A stretch of DNA of 64,000 nucleotides, taken from the NCBI GenBank assembly GCA_036336835.1, contig JAYZFK010000082.1, positions 21,252 to 85,251 on the forward strand, given 5' to 3'. The notes beneath the pieces were generated by a model that saw only the letters and a list, made by a program, of their open reading frames with translations, did not search any database and was not told the DNA's origin. Of the stretch, positions 10,339 through 20,173 are shown piece after piece (position 1 is the first letter of the stretch; each line of letters begins with the position of its first letter). This DNA comes from Myxococcota bacterium. Its GTDB lineage: Bacteria > Myxococcota_A > UBA9160 > UBA4427. Both the position numbers and the translations under genes were made by a program.

Positions 10339-11736
10339 CTAGCCCGTCCCGCGAGCTCTGGCGCCGCGGCCCCACTTGGCGGGCGGTGCGGCTCGGGGTG
10401 TGCGTCCGGGGAGGGATTCGAGCAGGCTCGCAAGCGTGCGGTCGCGGGCGATCGGTTGCGAGACGCGCGCGAGCTCCGCCACGACATCGCCGATCAGGCG
10501 AGTCGAATCCGCCGGCCCCTCGCCCTTGCGGGCCGGAAGCTCCGGGGCACCCCGGACGGCCGCCAGCACATCGGCCAGCCGAATGTCGACTGCGGGCCGC
10601 CCGAGCTGGTAGCCGGGCTCTCGCCCCTCGGGCGAGCAGGCCGACACGATCTGTTCGTCCTCGAGCACTGCGAGCACCTCGCGCGCGATCCGCACGGGGA
10701 TCCCGAGCTGCTCGCCGAGGGCCTCCGCGGTCGCCAGGCCCTCGCGGTCGCGGAAGGCGCGCGCCACCTCGAGCGCAATGCACAGCGCGAGGATCTCGCG
10801 TTCCGCGGCGCTCGGCGGGCTGCCCTGCACCTCGCGCCGATAGCTCGCCAGGTTCTGGTGGGCGAACGAAATCTCCGCGCCCAGCAGGAAGATCGCCATC
10901 GACACGTAGATCCAGACCAGCAGCAGCGGCACGGTCGCGGCAGCGCCGAACAGTGCGTCATAGCGAGCCGCGCCGACACCCAGCTTGACGTACGTCGACT
11001 GCGCGAGCCCAAAGAGGATCGCCGCCACCACACCCCCCAGGACAGCGGAGCGGAGGCGCACCGAGGTATTCGGCAGGAACCAGTAGATGAACGAGAACGC
11101 CCCGACGAGCAGCAGGAATGGCGCATAGCGAAGCCCGGCCGAGTAGAACCTGTCGAAGAGCGGAAACTGCAGCAGCCATGCCACGATGGGCTCGCTCTGC
11201 AGCGTGGTGCCGAGCGAGAGCGAGATCGCGAGCAACAGCGGCGCCACGATCAGCACCGCCAGGTAGTCGGTGAAGCGCCGCGTCCAGGAACGACCGCGCA
11301 CGACACCCCAGATCGAGTTGACGGCGTGCTCGCCATGGCGCAGAGCGAGCACCGTGGCCACCAACAAGAGCGCGGCTCCGACGGTTCCGAAGCCCGAGAG
11401 GTCGACCTTGCGGACGTAGGGCAACACGGTCTCGCGCGCACCCGGGATCGCCAGGTAGTCGATGCCAGCCGCGACCAGCCCCTCGGTCACGCCGAGGCCC
11501 TTCAGCACGGCGAGCACGACCACCAGTGCCGGGATCAGCGCCAGCGACGCCATGTAGGTGAGCGCGCTCGCGCGCAGCAGCAACTCATCGCGCACGAAGC
11601 CCTCGACCACCACATAGCCGAACTGGAGCAGGCGGATCGGCCCGGTTGCGATCGAGCCGCCCTCGAGCTCCGTGTGCCACAGGTCGCGCAGCAGAAAGCG
11701 GCGAGCACGCTCGAAGATTTCGCTCGGTGCGGTCAT
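10339..11736 (-). CDS. YihY/BrkB-family membrane protein with C-terminal Rrf2-like winged HTH
   Basis: RASALTY, NSIWGV, FIYWFLPNTSV, LLGAEISF; C-terminal TAEALGEQLGIP...GYQLGRPAVDIRLADVL. Confidence 0.85.
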   Translation of the reverse strand: MTAPSEIFERARRFLLRDLWHTELEGGSIATGPIRLLQFGYVVVEGFVRDELLLRASALTYMASLALIPALVVVLAVLKGLGVTEGLVAAGIDYLAIPGARETVLPYVRKVDLSGFGTVGAALLLVATVLALRHGEHAVNSIWGVVRGRSWTRRFTDYLAVLIVAPLLLAISLSLGTTLQSEPIVAWLLQFPLFDRFYSAGLRYAPFLLLVGAFSFIYWFLPNTSVRLRSAVLGGVVAAILFGLAQSTYVKLGVGAARYDALFGAAATVPLLLVWIYVSMAIFLLGAEISFAHQNLASYRREVQGSPPSAAEREILALCIALEVARAFRDREGLATAEALGEQLGIPVRIAREVLAVLEDEQIVSACSPEGREPGYQLGRPAVDIRLADVLAAVRGAPELPARKGEGPADSTRLIGDVVAELARVSQPIARDRTLASLLESLPGRTPRAAPPAKWGRGARARGTG

Positions 11737-12158
11737 CGGACTCCCTGGGCAGAGCTTGGACGAGTTGGGTACGAGTCGGCAACGACCTGCTCGATCTGCA
11801 GCCAGGACCGGAGCGTTTCGACCGTCCTGGGGCCGATTCCATTCACCCGTTCGAGATCCTCGAGCTGCCGAAACCGGCCTCGTGCCCGCGCGGCCACGAT
11901 TGCCAACGCACGTGCGGGGCCGATTCCCGGGAGCAAGACCAGCTCCGCGGCGGTCGCCCGATTCGGATCGAGTCCAGCGCCGAACAGCAACCGTGCCGCG
12001 CCCGCCAGCGCCTGCGGGCCCTCGCTGCAGGCGCGAAGGGCCGCGGGGCTGTCTGGAGCGCTGCAGGCGTGCAGCGAGCGAGGACGCGCGTCGCAGAGGG
12101 CAACGACCAGCGGCAGCAGCATCCAGACGAGCGCGGCGGTCGCCGGGGCGTCGCGCAT
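11733..12158 (-). CDS. ComEA-like helix-hairpin-helix DNA-binding protein
   Basis: LDPNRATAAELVLLPGIGPARALAIV and LERVNGIGPRT HhH motifs; N-terminal hydrophobic anchor. Confidence 0.8.
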   Translation of the reverse strand: MRDAPATAALVWMLLPLVVALCDARPRSLHACSAPDSPAALRACSEGPQALAGAARLLFGAGLDPNRATAAELVLLPGIGPARALAIVAARARGRFRQLEDLERVNGIGPRTVETLRSWLQIEQVVADSYPTRPSSAQGVR

Positions 12159-12193
12159 GGAAATCTCCCCGGGACCGGGGCGTGAAACGAAAA

Positions 12194-13432
12194 CTACTCG
12201 GGAACGGGCTCGGAGGCGCCGTCCTCGATGAAGGCGGCGTGAAGCGCACGCACGGCGCGCTCACTGTACTGCTCATCGATCACGACCGAGACCTTGATCT
12301 CGCTCGTGGTGATCATCTGGATGTTGATGCCCTCGTCGGCCAGCACGGCGAACATACGGTTGGCCACACCGGCGTGGTCTTTCATGCCAAGGCCCACGAT
12401 CGAGACCTTGGCCACCTCGTCGTCGGCTTCGACCCCGGCTGCGCCCGTCCGCGCGGCGGCCGTCGTGGCCAGATCGAGCGCCCGCGCGTAATCGCTCCGT
12501 GGCACCGTGAAGGTCAAGTCGGTCGTCTGATCCGAACCCACGTTCTGGATGATCATGTCGACCACGATGCCGGCATCGGACAACGGAGAGAAGATCGCAT
12601 TCGCCACGCCGGGCTGGTCCTTCACGCCGCATACGCGAATCTTGGCCTCATCTCGGTTGTAGGTAACCCCGGACACGATCAGCCGCTCCATAACATCCTC
12701 CTCACGCACGACCCAGGTGCCCTCGCCGGTCTCGAAGCTCGAGCGAACGTGGATCGGCAAGCCGTAGCGCGTCGCGAATTTGACCGAGCGGATCTGCAGC
12801 ACCTTCGCTCCCAGGCTGGCCATCTCGAGCATCTCGTCGAACGAGATGCGATCGAGCTTGCGAGCCTTCTCGCACAGGCGCGGATCGGCGGTGTAGACGC
12901 CATCGACATCGGTATAGATCTCACACACGTCCGCGCCCAGCGCGCACGCTACGGCGACTGCCGAGGTGTCCGAGCCGCCGCGTCCCAGCGTCGTGATGTT
13001 GCCGTCGTCGTCGGTGCCCTGGAAGCCGGCGATGACCGCCACGGCGCCGCGGTCGAGCACCCGGCGCAGCGCCTGCGTGTCGATCCGACGGATCCGTGCG
13101 CGCGTGTGTGCCGCATCGGTGAGCATGCCCATCTGTGTACCGGTAAAGCTCTGAGCATCGACCCCGAGCTGGTGGAGCGCCAGCGAGAGCAGCGCGATCG
13201 TCTTCTGCTCGCCCGAGGACACGAGCACGTCGTACTCGCGCGGCGAGGGTGCGTCGCCGCCGAGCTCATGGGCCAGGTCGATCAGTGCACTGGTCTCGCC
13301 GGCCATGGCAGACACGCACGCCACGACCTGATTGCCGGCGCGATGGGCCGCGACAACGCGGCGCGCGGCGTTTCGAATCCGCTCCGGATCGCCGACGCTC
13401 GTCCCACCGAATTTCTGTACGACTAGCGCCAC
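12194..13432 (-). CDS. lysC: Aspartate kinase
   Basis: [21 protein letters not shown], two ACT domains; GTG at 13432 with GAGGG upstream. Confidence 0.97.
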   Translation of the reverse strand: MALVVQKFGGTSVGDPERIRNAARRVVAAHRAGNQVVACVSAMAGETSALIDLAHELGGDAPSPREYDVLVSSGEQKTIALLSLALHQLGVDAQSFTGTQMGMLTDAAHTRARIRRIDTQALRRVLDRGAVAVIAGFQGTDDDGNITTLGRGGSDTSAVAVACALGADVCEIYTDVDGVYTADPRLCEKARKLDRISFDEMLEMASLGAKVLQIRSVKFATRYGLPIHVRSSFETGEGTWVVREEDVMERLIVSGVTYNRDEAKIRVCGVKDQPGVANAIFSPLSDAGIVVDMIIQNVGSDQTTDLTFTVPRSDYARALDLATTAAARTGAAGVEADDEVAKVSIVGLGMKDHAGVANRMFAVLADEGINIQMITTSEIKVSVVIDEQYSERAVRALHAAFIEDGASEPVPE

Positions 13433-13439
13433 GTCCCTC

Positions 13440-14021
13440 TCAGCCTCGCCCCCCGTCCAGGCCGCCACTGGCGAGGACACGTTCCCAGCGCGTGAGCACC
13501 GCGCCCGCGACTGCGCCGGTGGCGAACGCGGTGATCTGCCGCGACGTAGCGGGGGGCGTAGCCTTCCCGACCTGGGCGTCGGGTGCCAGCCCGGGGCGCT
13601 CGAGCGTGACCTCGAGCCGATCGCACGGCAGCGCGGTCGGGAAGCGGTCTGCCCATTCGACTGCCAGCACGTTTCCCGGCTCGAGCAGGTCCACGAAGCC
13701 CGCCGCATCGAGCTCCGCAGCGGCCTCGAGCCGGTACAGGTCGACGTGGACGAGCCGGCCTCCAGAAGAAAGCGAGTACTCACTTATTATTGTGAAGGTC
13801 GGGCTCACGATCGCCTGGCCCTCCACCCCGAGCCCCTCGGCAAGCCCCTGCGTGAACAGCGTCTTGCCGGCACCGAGTTGGCCGATCAGCGCCACCACGA
13901 AGGGCTCCCGGGCGCGGGCCGAGCCGATCGTCCGGGCGAGCTCCCGCGCGGCCTCACGAGTCGCCTCAGGACCCGGCGAAGTCCAGCAGTAGACCAGACG
14001 CGGGGGCTCGGGAGTGGACAT
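13440..14021 (-). CDS. tsaE: tRNA t6A biosynthesis ATPase
   Basis: [28 protein letters not shown]. Confidence 0.95.
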   Translation of the reverse strand: MSTPEPPRLVYCWTSPGPEATREAARELARTIGSARAREPFVVALIGQLGAGKTLFTQGLAEGLGVEGQAIVSPTFTIISEYSLSSGGRLVHVDLYRLEAAAELDAAGFVDLLEPGNVLAVEWADRFPTALPCDRLEVTLERPGLAPDAQVGKATPPATSRQITAFATGAVAGAVLTRWERVLASGGLDGGRG

Positions 14022-15579
14022 CCGGCGCAGCTTCGCGCAGATCGCGCAGCGTTGCCGGGAGCGCGTCGGCCAGCTCACTCGCCAGCAGTCCGGCGTCGCC
14101 CTCACGGGCCGTAATGCGGTCCCCCGCGGAACCGTGCAGCCAGGCGGCCAGAGCACCGGCCTCGCTGGGAGCAACCCCCTGCCCGACCAGCGCAGCGACG
14201 ATTCCGGTCAAGACGTCGCCGGTTCCCGCCGTGCCCAGCGCAGGGCCGCCCGTGGTGTTGACGGACGCAAAGCCCTCGCTCGTCGCCGTCACAGTGGGGG
14301 CCCCCTTGAGGACGACGATGGCGCGCGCGCGACGTGCGAGCTCGCGGGCAGCGCCCAGCCGATCGCCGTTCAGTGCGGCTGGCGTCGTTGCGAGTAGACG
14401 CGCGGCCTCCCCGGGGTGTGGAGTCAGCACGGTCGCCGCCTCCCGGCCCGCCAGGATCGAAGGGTCTCCGCCCAGCGCGTTCAGTCCATCGGCGTCGAGG
14501 ACCAGCGGTCGCGCACAACGCTTGACGAAGGTCTGCACGAGCACGTCGGTATCCGGGTCGCGGCCGAGGCCCGGTCCGAGCGCCACGACATCGCGTTCGC
14601 GCGCGAGCGCGAGCAGGCTCTCCTCAGCGGTCGCAGACAAGCCACGGCCGGGCGTGTCGGCGACCGCCACGGTCATCGCCTCGGTGCACAAGGTCTCGAG
14701 GATGTCGTTCAGGCCGGCCGGGCAGGCAAGTGTAACCAGCCCAGCGCCTGCGCGGGCAGCCGCCCGGGCCGCGAGCGCAGCCGCCCCCGTCTTGCCCTCG
14801 GAGCCCGCGATCAGCAACACGTGACCGAAGCGACCCTTGTGTCCGGTGCGGGGACGCGCCGGCAGTGCCCCGCGCGCCCGCGTGCGGTCGTAGCTCTCGG
14901 CGAGCGGACGCACTCCGGGGGCGGAGTCGGCGATCCCGATCCGCGCCACCAGCACGCGACCGCTGAGCGAACGTCCGGGCTCGAGCGCGAGCCCGCACTT
15001 CGGGAGGCCGATCGTGACCGTGAGGTCAGCCCGGACGCAGGCGCCGAGCTCCTGACCGGTGTCGGAATCGAGCCCCGATGGAACGTCGACGGCAACCACC
15101 CGTGCGCCGTATTGTCGCTGGCGCTCGATCGCCGCGATAGCGCGCCCGGGTTCGCTATCGACAGCAACCTCGCGCGCCAGCCCGGTGCCGAAGATTGCGT
15201 CCACCACGACGCCAGCACGGCCGCCCGCGTCGATCGCATCGACCCCGACCTCGTGCGACACGCCCATACGCTGCAGCCGAGCAAAGTTTGCAGCCGCCGC
15301 GCCGCGCAGCCGCGCGGGGTCCGCAAGCAGGACGGCCCGGACCACCACACCAAGCGCGAACAGCTGGCGGGCGACGACCAGGCCATCACCGCCGTTGTTG
15401 CCGCTGCCGCAGACGACGAGCACGGCGTCGCGCGTCGAATCGCGAAGCGCGAGTACGGCCTCGACCACTGCGCGACCGGCACTCTCCATCAGCAGATCGC
15501 CGGGAACACCCAGCCCATCGATCGTATGCGCGTCCAGCGCGCGCATGTCGGCTCGGGTCACCAGCGGCCAAGACGCCAC
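13966..15579 (-). CDS. nnr: Bifunctional NAD(P)HX epimerase/dehydratase
   Basis: LMESAG, CGSGNNGGDG, DAIFGTG, HKGRFG, LDADGLN, LTPHPGEA, GTGDVLTG. Confidence 0.95.
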   Translation of the reverse strand: MASWPLVTRADMRALDAHTIDGLGVPGDLLMESAGRAVVEAVLALRDSTRDAVLVVCGSGNNGGDGLVVARQLFALGVVVRAVLLADPARLRGAAAANFARLQRMGVSHEVGVDAIDAGGRAGVVVDAIFGTGLAREVAVDSEPGRAIAAIERQRQYGARVVAVDVPSGLDSDTGQELGACVRADLTVTIGLPKCGLALEPGRSLSGRVLVARIGIADSAPGVRPLAESYDRTRARGALPARPRTGHKGRFGHVLLIAGSEGKTGAAALAARAAARAGAGLVTLACPAGLNDILETLCTEAMTVAVADTPGRGLSATAEESLLALARERDVVALGPGLGRDPDTDVLVQTFVKRCARPLVLDADGLNALGGDPSILAGREAATVLTPHPGEAARLLATTPAALNGDRLGAARELARRARAIVVLKGAPTVTATSEGFASVNTTGGPALGTAGTGDVLTGIVAALVGQGVAPSEAGALAAWLHGSAGDRITAREGDAGLLASELADALPATLRDLREAAPDVHSRAPASGLLLDFAGS

Positions 15580-15598
15580 GACAGACGAGTCCCGCCGG

Positions 15599-16315
15599 CT
15601 ATTCCACGCGCGTGCGCAGATCCCGCACGGCGCGCTCGACGCCCACGAGCAGGGCGCGCGCGGTGAACGCTCGGCCAACCACGACGCGATCGGCCGAGGG
15701 CACGACGGCCAGCACCTCGGGCAGGCTGCGTTCGTCGAGGCCGCCGCCGAGCGCGAGCGCCATGTGCAGCTTGCTGGCGAGCCGGCCGGCATCGCCCAAC
15801 GCCTCGAGCGCTGTCTTGCGCTCCGCGCCGGGCAGATCGACGGTCGCTCCCGTGTAGAGCTCGAGAGCTTGTGCTCCCAGCCGGTGAGCGGCCTTCACGG
15901 AGTCGAGCTCGGGCGCGATCAACAGCGCGGCCGGGATACCCGCATCCTCGAGCGAGCGCAGCATGGGCTGGACCGTGTGTGCCTGCGTGCGCAGCTCCAG
16001 CGGCGTCGCGCCACCCAGGTTCTGCCAGCTCTCGCCCGCGATCACCACACGATCCGGTCGGGCTTCGAGCGCGGCCTTGAGCAGGCTCGGGCTCGCCGTC
16101 ATGCGTAGCTCGAGCCCGCGGCTCACCCGACGCAGGTGCTGCACTTCGCTCTCACCGATCAGCCGCAGATCCTCGGTCAGCGTGACACGCACGGCCGCCG
16201 CGCCCGCGAGCTCGGCGAGCGTCGCCGCAGCGGCAAGATCGATGCCCATCCGCCCGCCCGCGGCCTCGGCCAGCCTCGCTACCGGATCGATCGAAACCAC
16301 CAGTGAGCGCATCAA
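15599..16315 (-). CDS. pdxJ: PdxJ-like TIM-barrel protein with degenerate active site
   Basis: Length, synteny (after glmM) and scaffold match PdxJ (AELAGA, ELYTG, ARALLVGVERAVRDL), but the catalytic His/Arg/Glu motifs are substituted. Confidence 0.8.
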   Translation of the reverse strand: MMRSLVVSIDPVARLAEAAGGRMGIDLAAAATLAELAGAAAVRVTLTEDLRLIGESEVQHLRRVSRGLELRMTASPSLLKAALEARPDRVVIAGESWQNLGGATPLELRTQAHTVQPMLRSLEDAGIPAALLIAPELDSVKAAHRLGAQALELYTGATVDLPGAERKTALEALGDAGRLASKLHMALALGGGLDERSLPEVLAVVPSADRVVVGRAFTARALLVGVERAVRDLRTRVE

Positions 16316-17679
16316 CTCCCCCCGCCGACAACACGGCGCACGACGTCCGCAAGATCGGCCGCGTACTCGCAGACGCGTCGCTCGTCACGTCCCTCGACCA
16401 TGACACGGGCCTTGAGCTCGGTGCCGCTGTAGCGAATCAGCACTCGGCCCTGCCCTGCCAGCGCCGACTCGATGCGGCGGATCGCCTGCTGCACGGCTGG
16501 CAGTGATTCTAACGGCGGCTTGTCTGCCACCTCGATGTTGAGCAACACCTGCGGATAATGCACGAAGTCGGCGGTCAGCTCGGAGAGCCGCTTGCCGGTC
16601 CGGGCCAGGATGCCGAGCACCTGCAGTGCCGTCATCAGTCCATCGCCCGTGCGGCCGTGATCCGAGAAGATCAGGTGTCCCGACTGCTCACCGCCGAGGT
16701 TGTAGCCGCCGCTGCGCATCGCTTCGACGACGTGACGGTCGCCCACCTGGACGCGCTCGAGCTCCAGCCCCGCGTCGGCAAGCGATTTCTCGAGCCCGAG
16801 GTTGCTCATCACGGTCGCGACGACGCCACCGCCCTTCAGCAGCTCGCGCTCGGCCAGATTGCGTGCGCACAGCGCAAGGATCTGGTCGCCGTCGACGACC
16901 TCGCCACGCTCGTCGATCAGGATCACCCGGTCGGCGTCACCATCGACGGCGATGCCGACGTCGGCGCGCACTTCGCGCACCTTGCCAGCAGCGTACATCG
17001 GATGCGTCGAGCCACAGCCCTCGTTGATGTTGCGCCCGTTGGGCTCGACCGCGAGCGCGAACACCTCGGCACCGAGTTCGGACAGCACAGTTGGCCCGAC
17101 CTTGTAGGCGGCGCCGTTGGCGCAGTCGAGCACGACGCGCAGACCGTCGAGCTTGAGCTGCGCTGGAAACGTATTCTTGAGGTAGACCACATAGCGGCCT
17201 TCGGCGTCGTCGATGCGCGTCGCCTGTCCGATCTCGTCGGAGTCCGCGAGCGCGTGGGCGAGCTCGCCGCTGCGGAGCAGCTGCTCGATCTGGCTTTCGA
17301 TCGCATCGGGCAGCTTGTAGCCGTCGTGACCGAAGAACTTGATGCCGTTGTCCTGATACTTGTTGTGGCTGGCCGAGATCATCACACCGGCATCGCAGCG
17401 CATGTCCACCGTCAGAAAGGCCAGCGCAGGAGTCGGCATCGGGCCGACCTGGATCACGTTGACGCCCATCGAGCTCACCCCCGAGGCGAGCGCGTCCTCG
17501 AACATGTAGCCCGACAGTCGAGTATCCTTGCCGATCAGGATGCGGTGCCGTCCTCGCCCGCGACCGCGGAACACGTGCGCGATCGCCTGGCCGAGCTGCA
17601 ACGCGATGCTGGGCGTCATGGGATGGACGTTCGCGGTGCCGCGGACGCCGTCGGTTCCGAACAGTTTGCCTTCGCTCAC
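16312..17679 (-). CDS. glmM: Phosphoglucosamine mutase
   Basis: LFGTDGVRG, MISASHN, DGDADR, GGEQSGH, RYSGTE. Confidence 0.97.
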   Translation of the reverse strand: MSEGKLFGTDGVRGTANVHPMTPSIALQLGQAIAHVFRGRGRGRHRILIGKDTRLSGYMFEDALASGVSSMGVNVIQVGPMPTPALAFLTVDMRCDAGVMISASHNKYQDNGIKFFGHDGYKLPDAIESQIEQLLRSGELAHALADSDEIGQATRIDDAEGRYVVYLKNTFPAQLKLDGLRVVLDCANGAAYKVGPTVLSELGAEVFALAVEPNGRNINEGCGSTHPMYAAGKVREVRADVGIAVDGDADRVILIDERGEVVDGDQILALCARNLAERELLKGGGVVATVMSNLGLEKSLADAGLELERVQVGDRHVVEAMRSGGYNLGGEQSGHLIFSDHGRTGDGLMTALQVLGILARTGKRLSELTADFVHYPQVLLNIEVADKPPLESLPAVQQAIRRIESALAGQGRVLIRYSGTELKARVMVEGRDERRVCEYAADLADVVRRVVGGGS

Positions 17680-18371
17680 CCGGTCTCTCCCGGCCCATCG
17701 ACCTCGAGGGTCTCATCGGGCTCGATCGCCTCGATCTCGATCACGATTCGCACCGGCTCCTCGTCCTCCTTCCACACGCTGCCCCCACCGAGGTAGAGCC
17801 GCACTTCGCGTTCTTCGCTCTCGGCGAGGCCAGTCAGCACGATTGGCTCGGTCACGACCTCGTCGAGCTTGAGCACCTGGCTTCGCGCGCCCGCCAGCCA
17901 TACTCGACTCGGCACCACGCGGAGATCCTTGAGCCGAAAGCCCTCTGCCGGCTCCCCCTCGAGGTCGGGGTGGACAGTGACCGGCTTGCGGGCCTTGGCG
18001 TCGAGCCGCAGGGTGATCTGCGATGGCGCGAGCTGCGTAGTGCTAACCCCACGCGGCAGTGAAACCGGCGGGTTGGGCACATTGATCGTGGTGACGCCGC
18101 GCTTGCTGCTGCTGATGTCGATAGGAAACGACAGCTGATCCTTCTCGATGTTGCGCAACGCCGCCGCCGACCCGCGCACGTGAATGCTGAGCTCGTCCGC
18201 TTTCCTCTCGGTGATCACGAGCGACTCCGGAACCCCGCGGAGCTCTACCGGAACGGTGAGCACTTGCTCGATGTTCGCCTGCCCCTGAGAGAGAGCCCAC
18301 AAGAGGCTCGCGATCAGGAACGCGCTCACCAAGAGCAGTGGGCGAAAGCTTGAAATGCGACGGCGCACCAA
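17676..18371 (-). CDS. cdaR: YbbR/CdaR-like regulator of diadenylate cyclase
   Basis: N-terminal transmembrane segment and two YbbR-like repeats, between cdaA and glmM. Confidence 0.8.
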   Translation of the reverse strand: MVRRRISSFRPLLLVSAFLIASLLWALSQGQANIEQVLTVPVELRGVPESLVITERKADELSIHVRGSAAALRNIEKDQLSFPIDISSSKRGVTTINVPNPPVSLPRGVSTTQLAPSQITLRLDAKARKPVTVHPDLEGEPAEGFRLKDLRVVPSRVWLAGARSQVLKLDEVVTEPIVLTGLAESEEREVRLYLGGGSVWKEDEEPVRIVIEIEAIEPDETLEVDGPGETG

Positions 18372-18414
18372 CGTGTAACTCCCCGGCCTGTCTCGACCTC
18401 GACCCGCGGCGGGC

Positions 18415-19287
18415 CTACGAAGCGCTCGGCGTTTCCTGCGGCGGGCCCGCCAGCTCCAGCGGGCGCTTCACATCCTCGGCCGCCGCCGGCAGCTCCTTGC
18501 GCTCGCCAGTGAGGATTTCCTGCAGCAGCACGCGCAGGTGCGGACCATCGATGTCGCGCAGCATTTCACCTCCGAGCACGACCGAGATGCCCGCGGTCTC
18601 CTCGGACACGACGATCACGAGGGCGTCGCTCTGCTCGGTGACTCCGACGGCGGCACGGTGGCGCGTTCCCACACCCTCGGGCAAATCCTGACTCAGTGTG
18701 AGCGGCAGGATGCATCCGGCCGACAGGACGCGGCCGTCGCGCACCACGACTGCGCCGTCGTGCAGTGGCGACTGCGTCTGGAAGATCGAAATCAGCAGGT
18801 CGGTCGAGAGTTCGGCATTGATCGACGTTCCCTGCTCGATCTGATCCGACAGTGCGCTCTCGCGCTCGAGCACGATGAGCGCTCCGGTCGCGCGATGGGC
18901 CAGAACCTGGGCCGCGCGTACGACCTCCTCGACCATCGCCGACGCTTCCTGATCCGGACGCAGGAACAGGCCGAATCGCCCAACGCGCGCAAGGGCCCGC
19001 CGGATGTCGTGCTGGAACAGCACGACGATGATCAAGACGGCCGATCCCATGAATGTGTCGAGGATCCAGCGAGTCGTGGCGAACTGGAAGAACTGCGAGG
19101 CTAGCGAGAGCGCGATCAGCACGATGACGCCGAACAGGATCTGGACCGCGCGGGTGCCGCGGATCAGCAGCAATAGCCAGTAGATCGCGAAGGTGACCAG
19201 GCCGATGTCGATGGCGTCGCGCCACGAGAACTTGCCGCCGGCGAACTCGATGAAATCCTGCAGCAGCTGCCAGCCGTACTCGATCAT
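18415..19287 (-). CDS. cdaA: Diadenylate cyclase
   Basis: Three TM helices, PLHDGAVV (DGA) and GTRHRAA (RHR) motifs, VVSEET. Confidence 0.95.
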   Translation of the reverse strand: MIEYGWQLLQDFIEFAGGKFSWRDAIDIGLVTFAIYWLLLLIRGTRAVQILFGVIVLIALSLASQFFQFATTRWILDTFMGSAVLIIVVLFQHDIRRALARVGRFGLFLRPDQEASAMVEEVVRAAQVLAHRATGALIVLERESALSDQIEQGTSINAELSTDLLISIFQTQSPLHDGAVVVRDGRVLSAGCILPLTLSQDLPEGVGTRHRAAVGVTEQSDALVIVVSEETAGISVVLGGEMLRDIDGPHLRVLLQEILTGERKELPAAAEDVKRPLELAGPPQETPSAS

Positions 19288-20162
19288 GTCCGCCCCTTCT
19301 GCTGCGCCGCACCGAGCGCACGGCCAACCTCCACCGCACGCCGCGCTCCCGCAACGTCGTGGACACGCACCGCGTCGACTCCGAGGAAGGCCGCAACCGC
19401 GCAGGCGGCGTGGCTCGCCTGGTCGCGATCGCCGACAGGCTCGCCGGTCAAGGTGCCGAGAAACGATTTGCGCGACGCGCCGAGCATCACCGGAAGCCCC
19501 AGCTGCTCACGCAGGCGCGAGACACCGGCGATCAGCGCGAGGTTGTCCTCGAGGCGTTTGCCAAACCCGATGCCGGGATCGACGACGATGCGCGAGCGGG
19601 CGACGCCGGCGCGCTCGGCGATCGCGACGCTCACCGCGAGCTCGTTCAAAACCTCGCTGAGCACGTCGTCATACTGCGGCTCGCGCTGCATGTTCGCCGG
19701 AGTTCCCCGCATGTGACCGATCACCAGCGTGGCAGCGTGGCGCGCTGCCACGGCCGGAAGCTCTGGATCGTGGTGGCAGCCAGACACGTCATTGACGATG
19801 CTGGCCCCCGCGTGCAGAGCGGCGTCAGCCACCTCGGACTTGCGGGTGTCGATCGAAATGCCGATCTCGCGGGCGGAGACGACGTCACGCAGGGCTTCGA
19901 CGACCGGAAGTGTGCGGGCCAGCTCGACTTGGGCCGAGACACCAGTCGATCCGGGACGCGTCGACTCCCCCCCCACGTCGAGGACGTGCGCGCCCGACAC
20001 GACGAACTCCTTGGCAACTGCGAGCGCGCCCTCCACATCGACGGCTGCACCCGCGCGAGCGGCCACGAAGCGTCCGCCGTCCGAGAACGAATCGGGAGTG
20101 GTGTTCAGGACGCCGACGATCGTCGTACGGTGCCCAGGGAAGTCGCAACGGCTGTCCGCCAC
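19284..20162 (-). CDS. folP: Dihydropteroate synthase
   Basis: LNTTPDSFSDGG, DVGGESTRPG, DPGIGFGK, SRKSF, VRVHDV. Confidence 0.97.
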   Translation of the reverse strand: MADSRCDFPGHRTTIVGVLNTTPDSFSDGGRFVAARAGAAVDVEGALAVAKEFVVSGAHVLDVGGESTRPGSTGVSAQVELARTLPVVEALRDVVSAREIGISIDTRKSEVADAALHAGASIVNDVSGCHHDPELPAVAARHAATLVIGHMRGTPANMQREPQYDDVLSEVLNELAVSVAIAERAGVARSRIVVDPGIGFGKRLEDNLALIAGVSRLREQLGLPVMLGASRKSFLGTLTGEPVGDRDQASHAACAVAAFLGVDAVRVHDVAGARRAVEVGRALGAAQQKGRT

Positions 20163-20173
20163 GGCGGGCCCCT

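Noticed and set aside
10339..11736. YihY-Rrf2 fusion as a novel iron-sulfur regulator upstream of iscS
   Set aside because: YihY proteins with a C-terminal Rrf2-like HTH are a known architecture, and the IscR-type three-Cys motif is absent.
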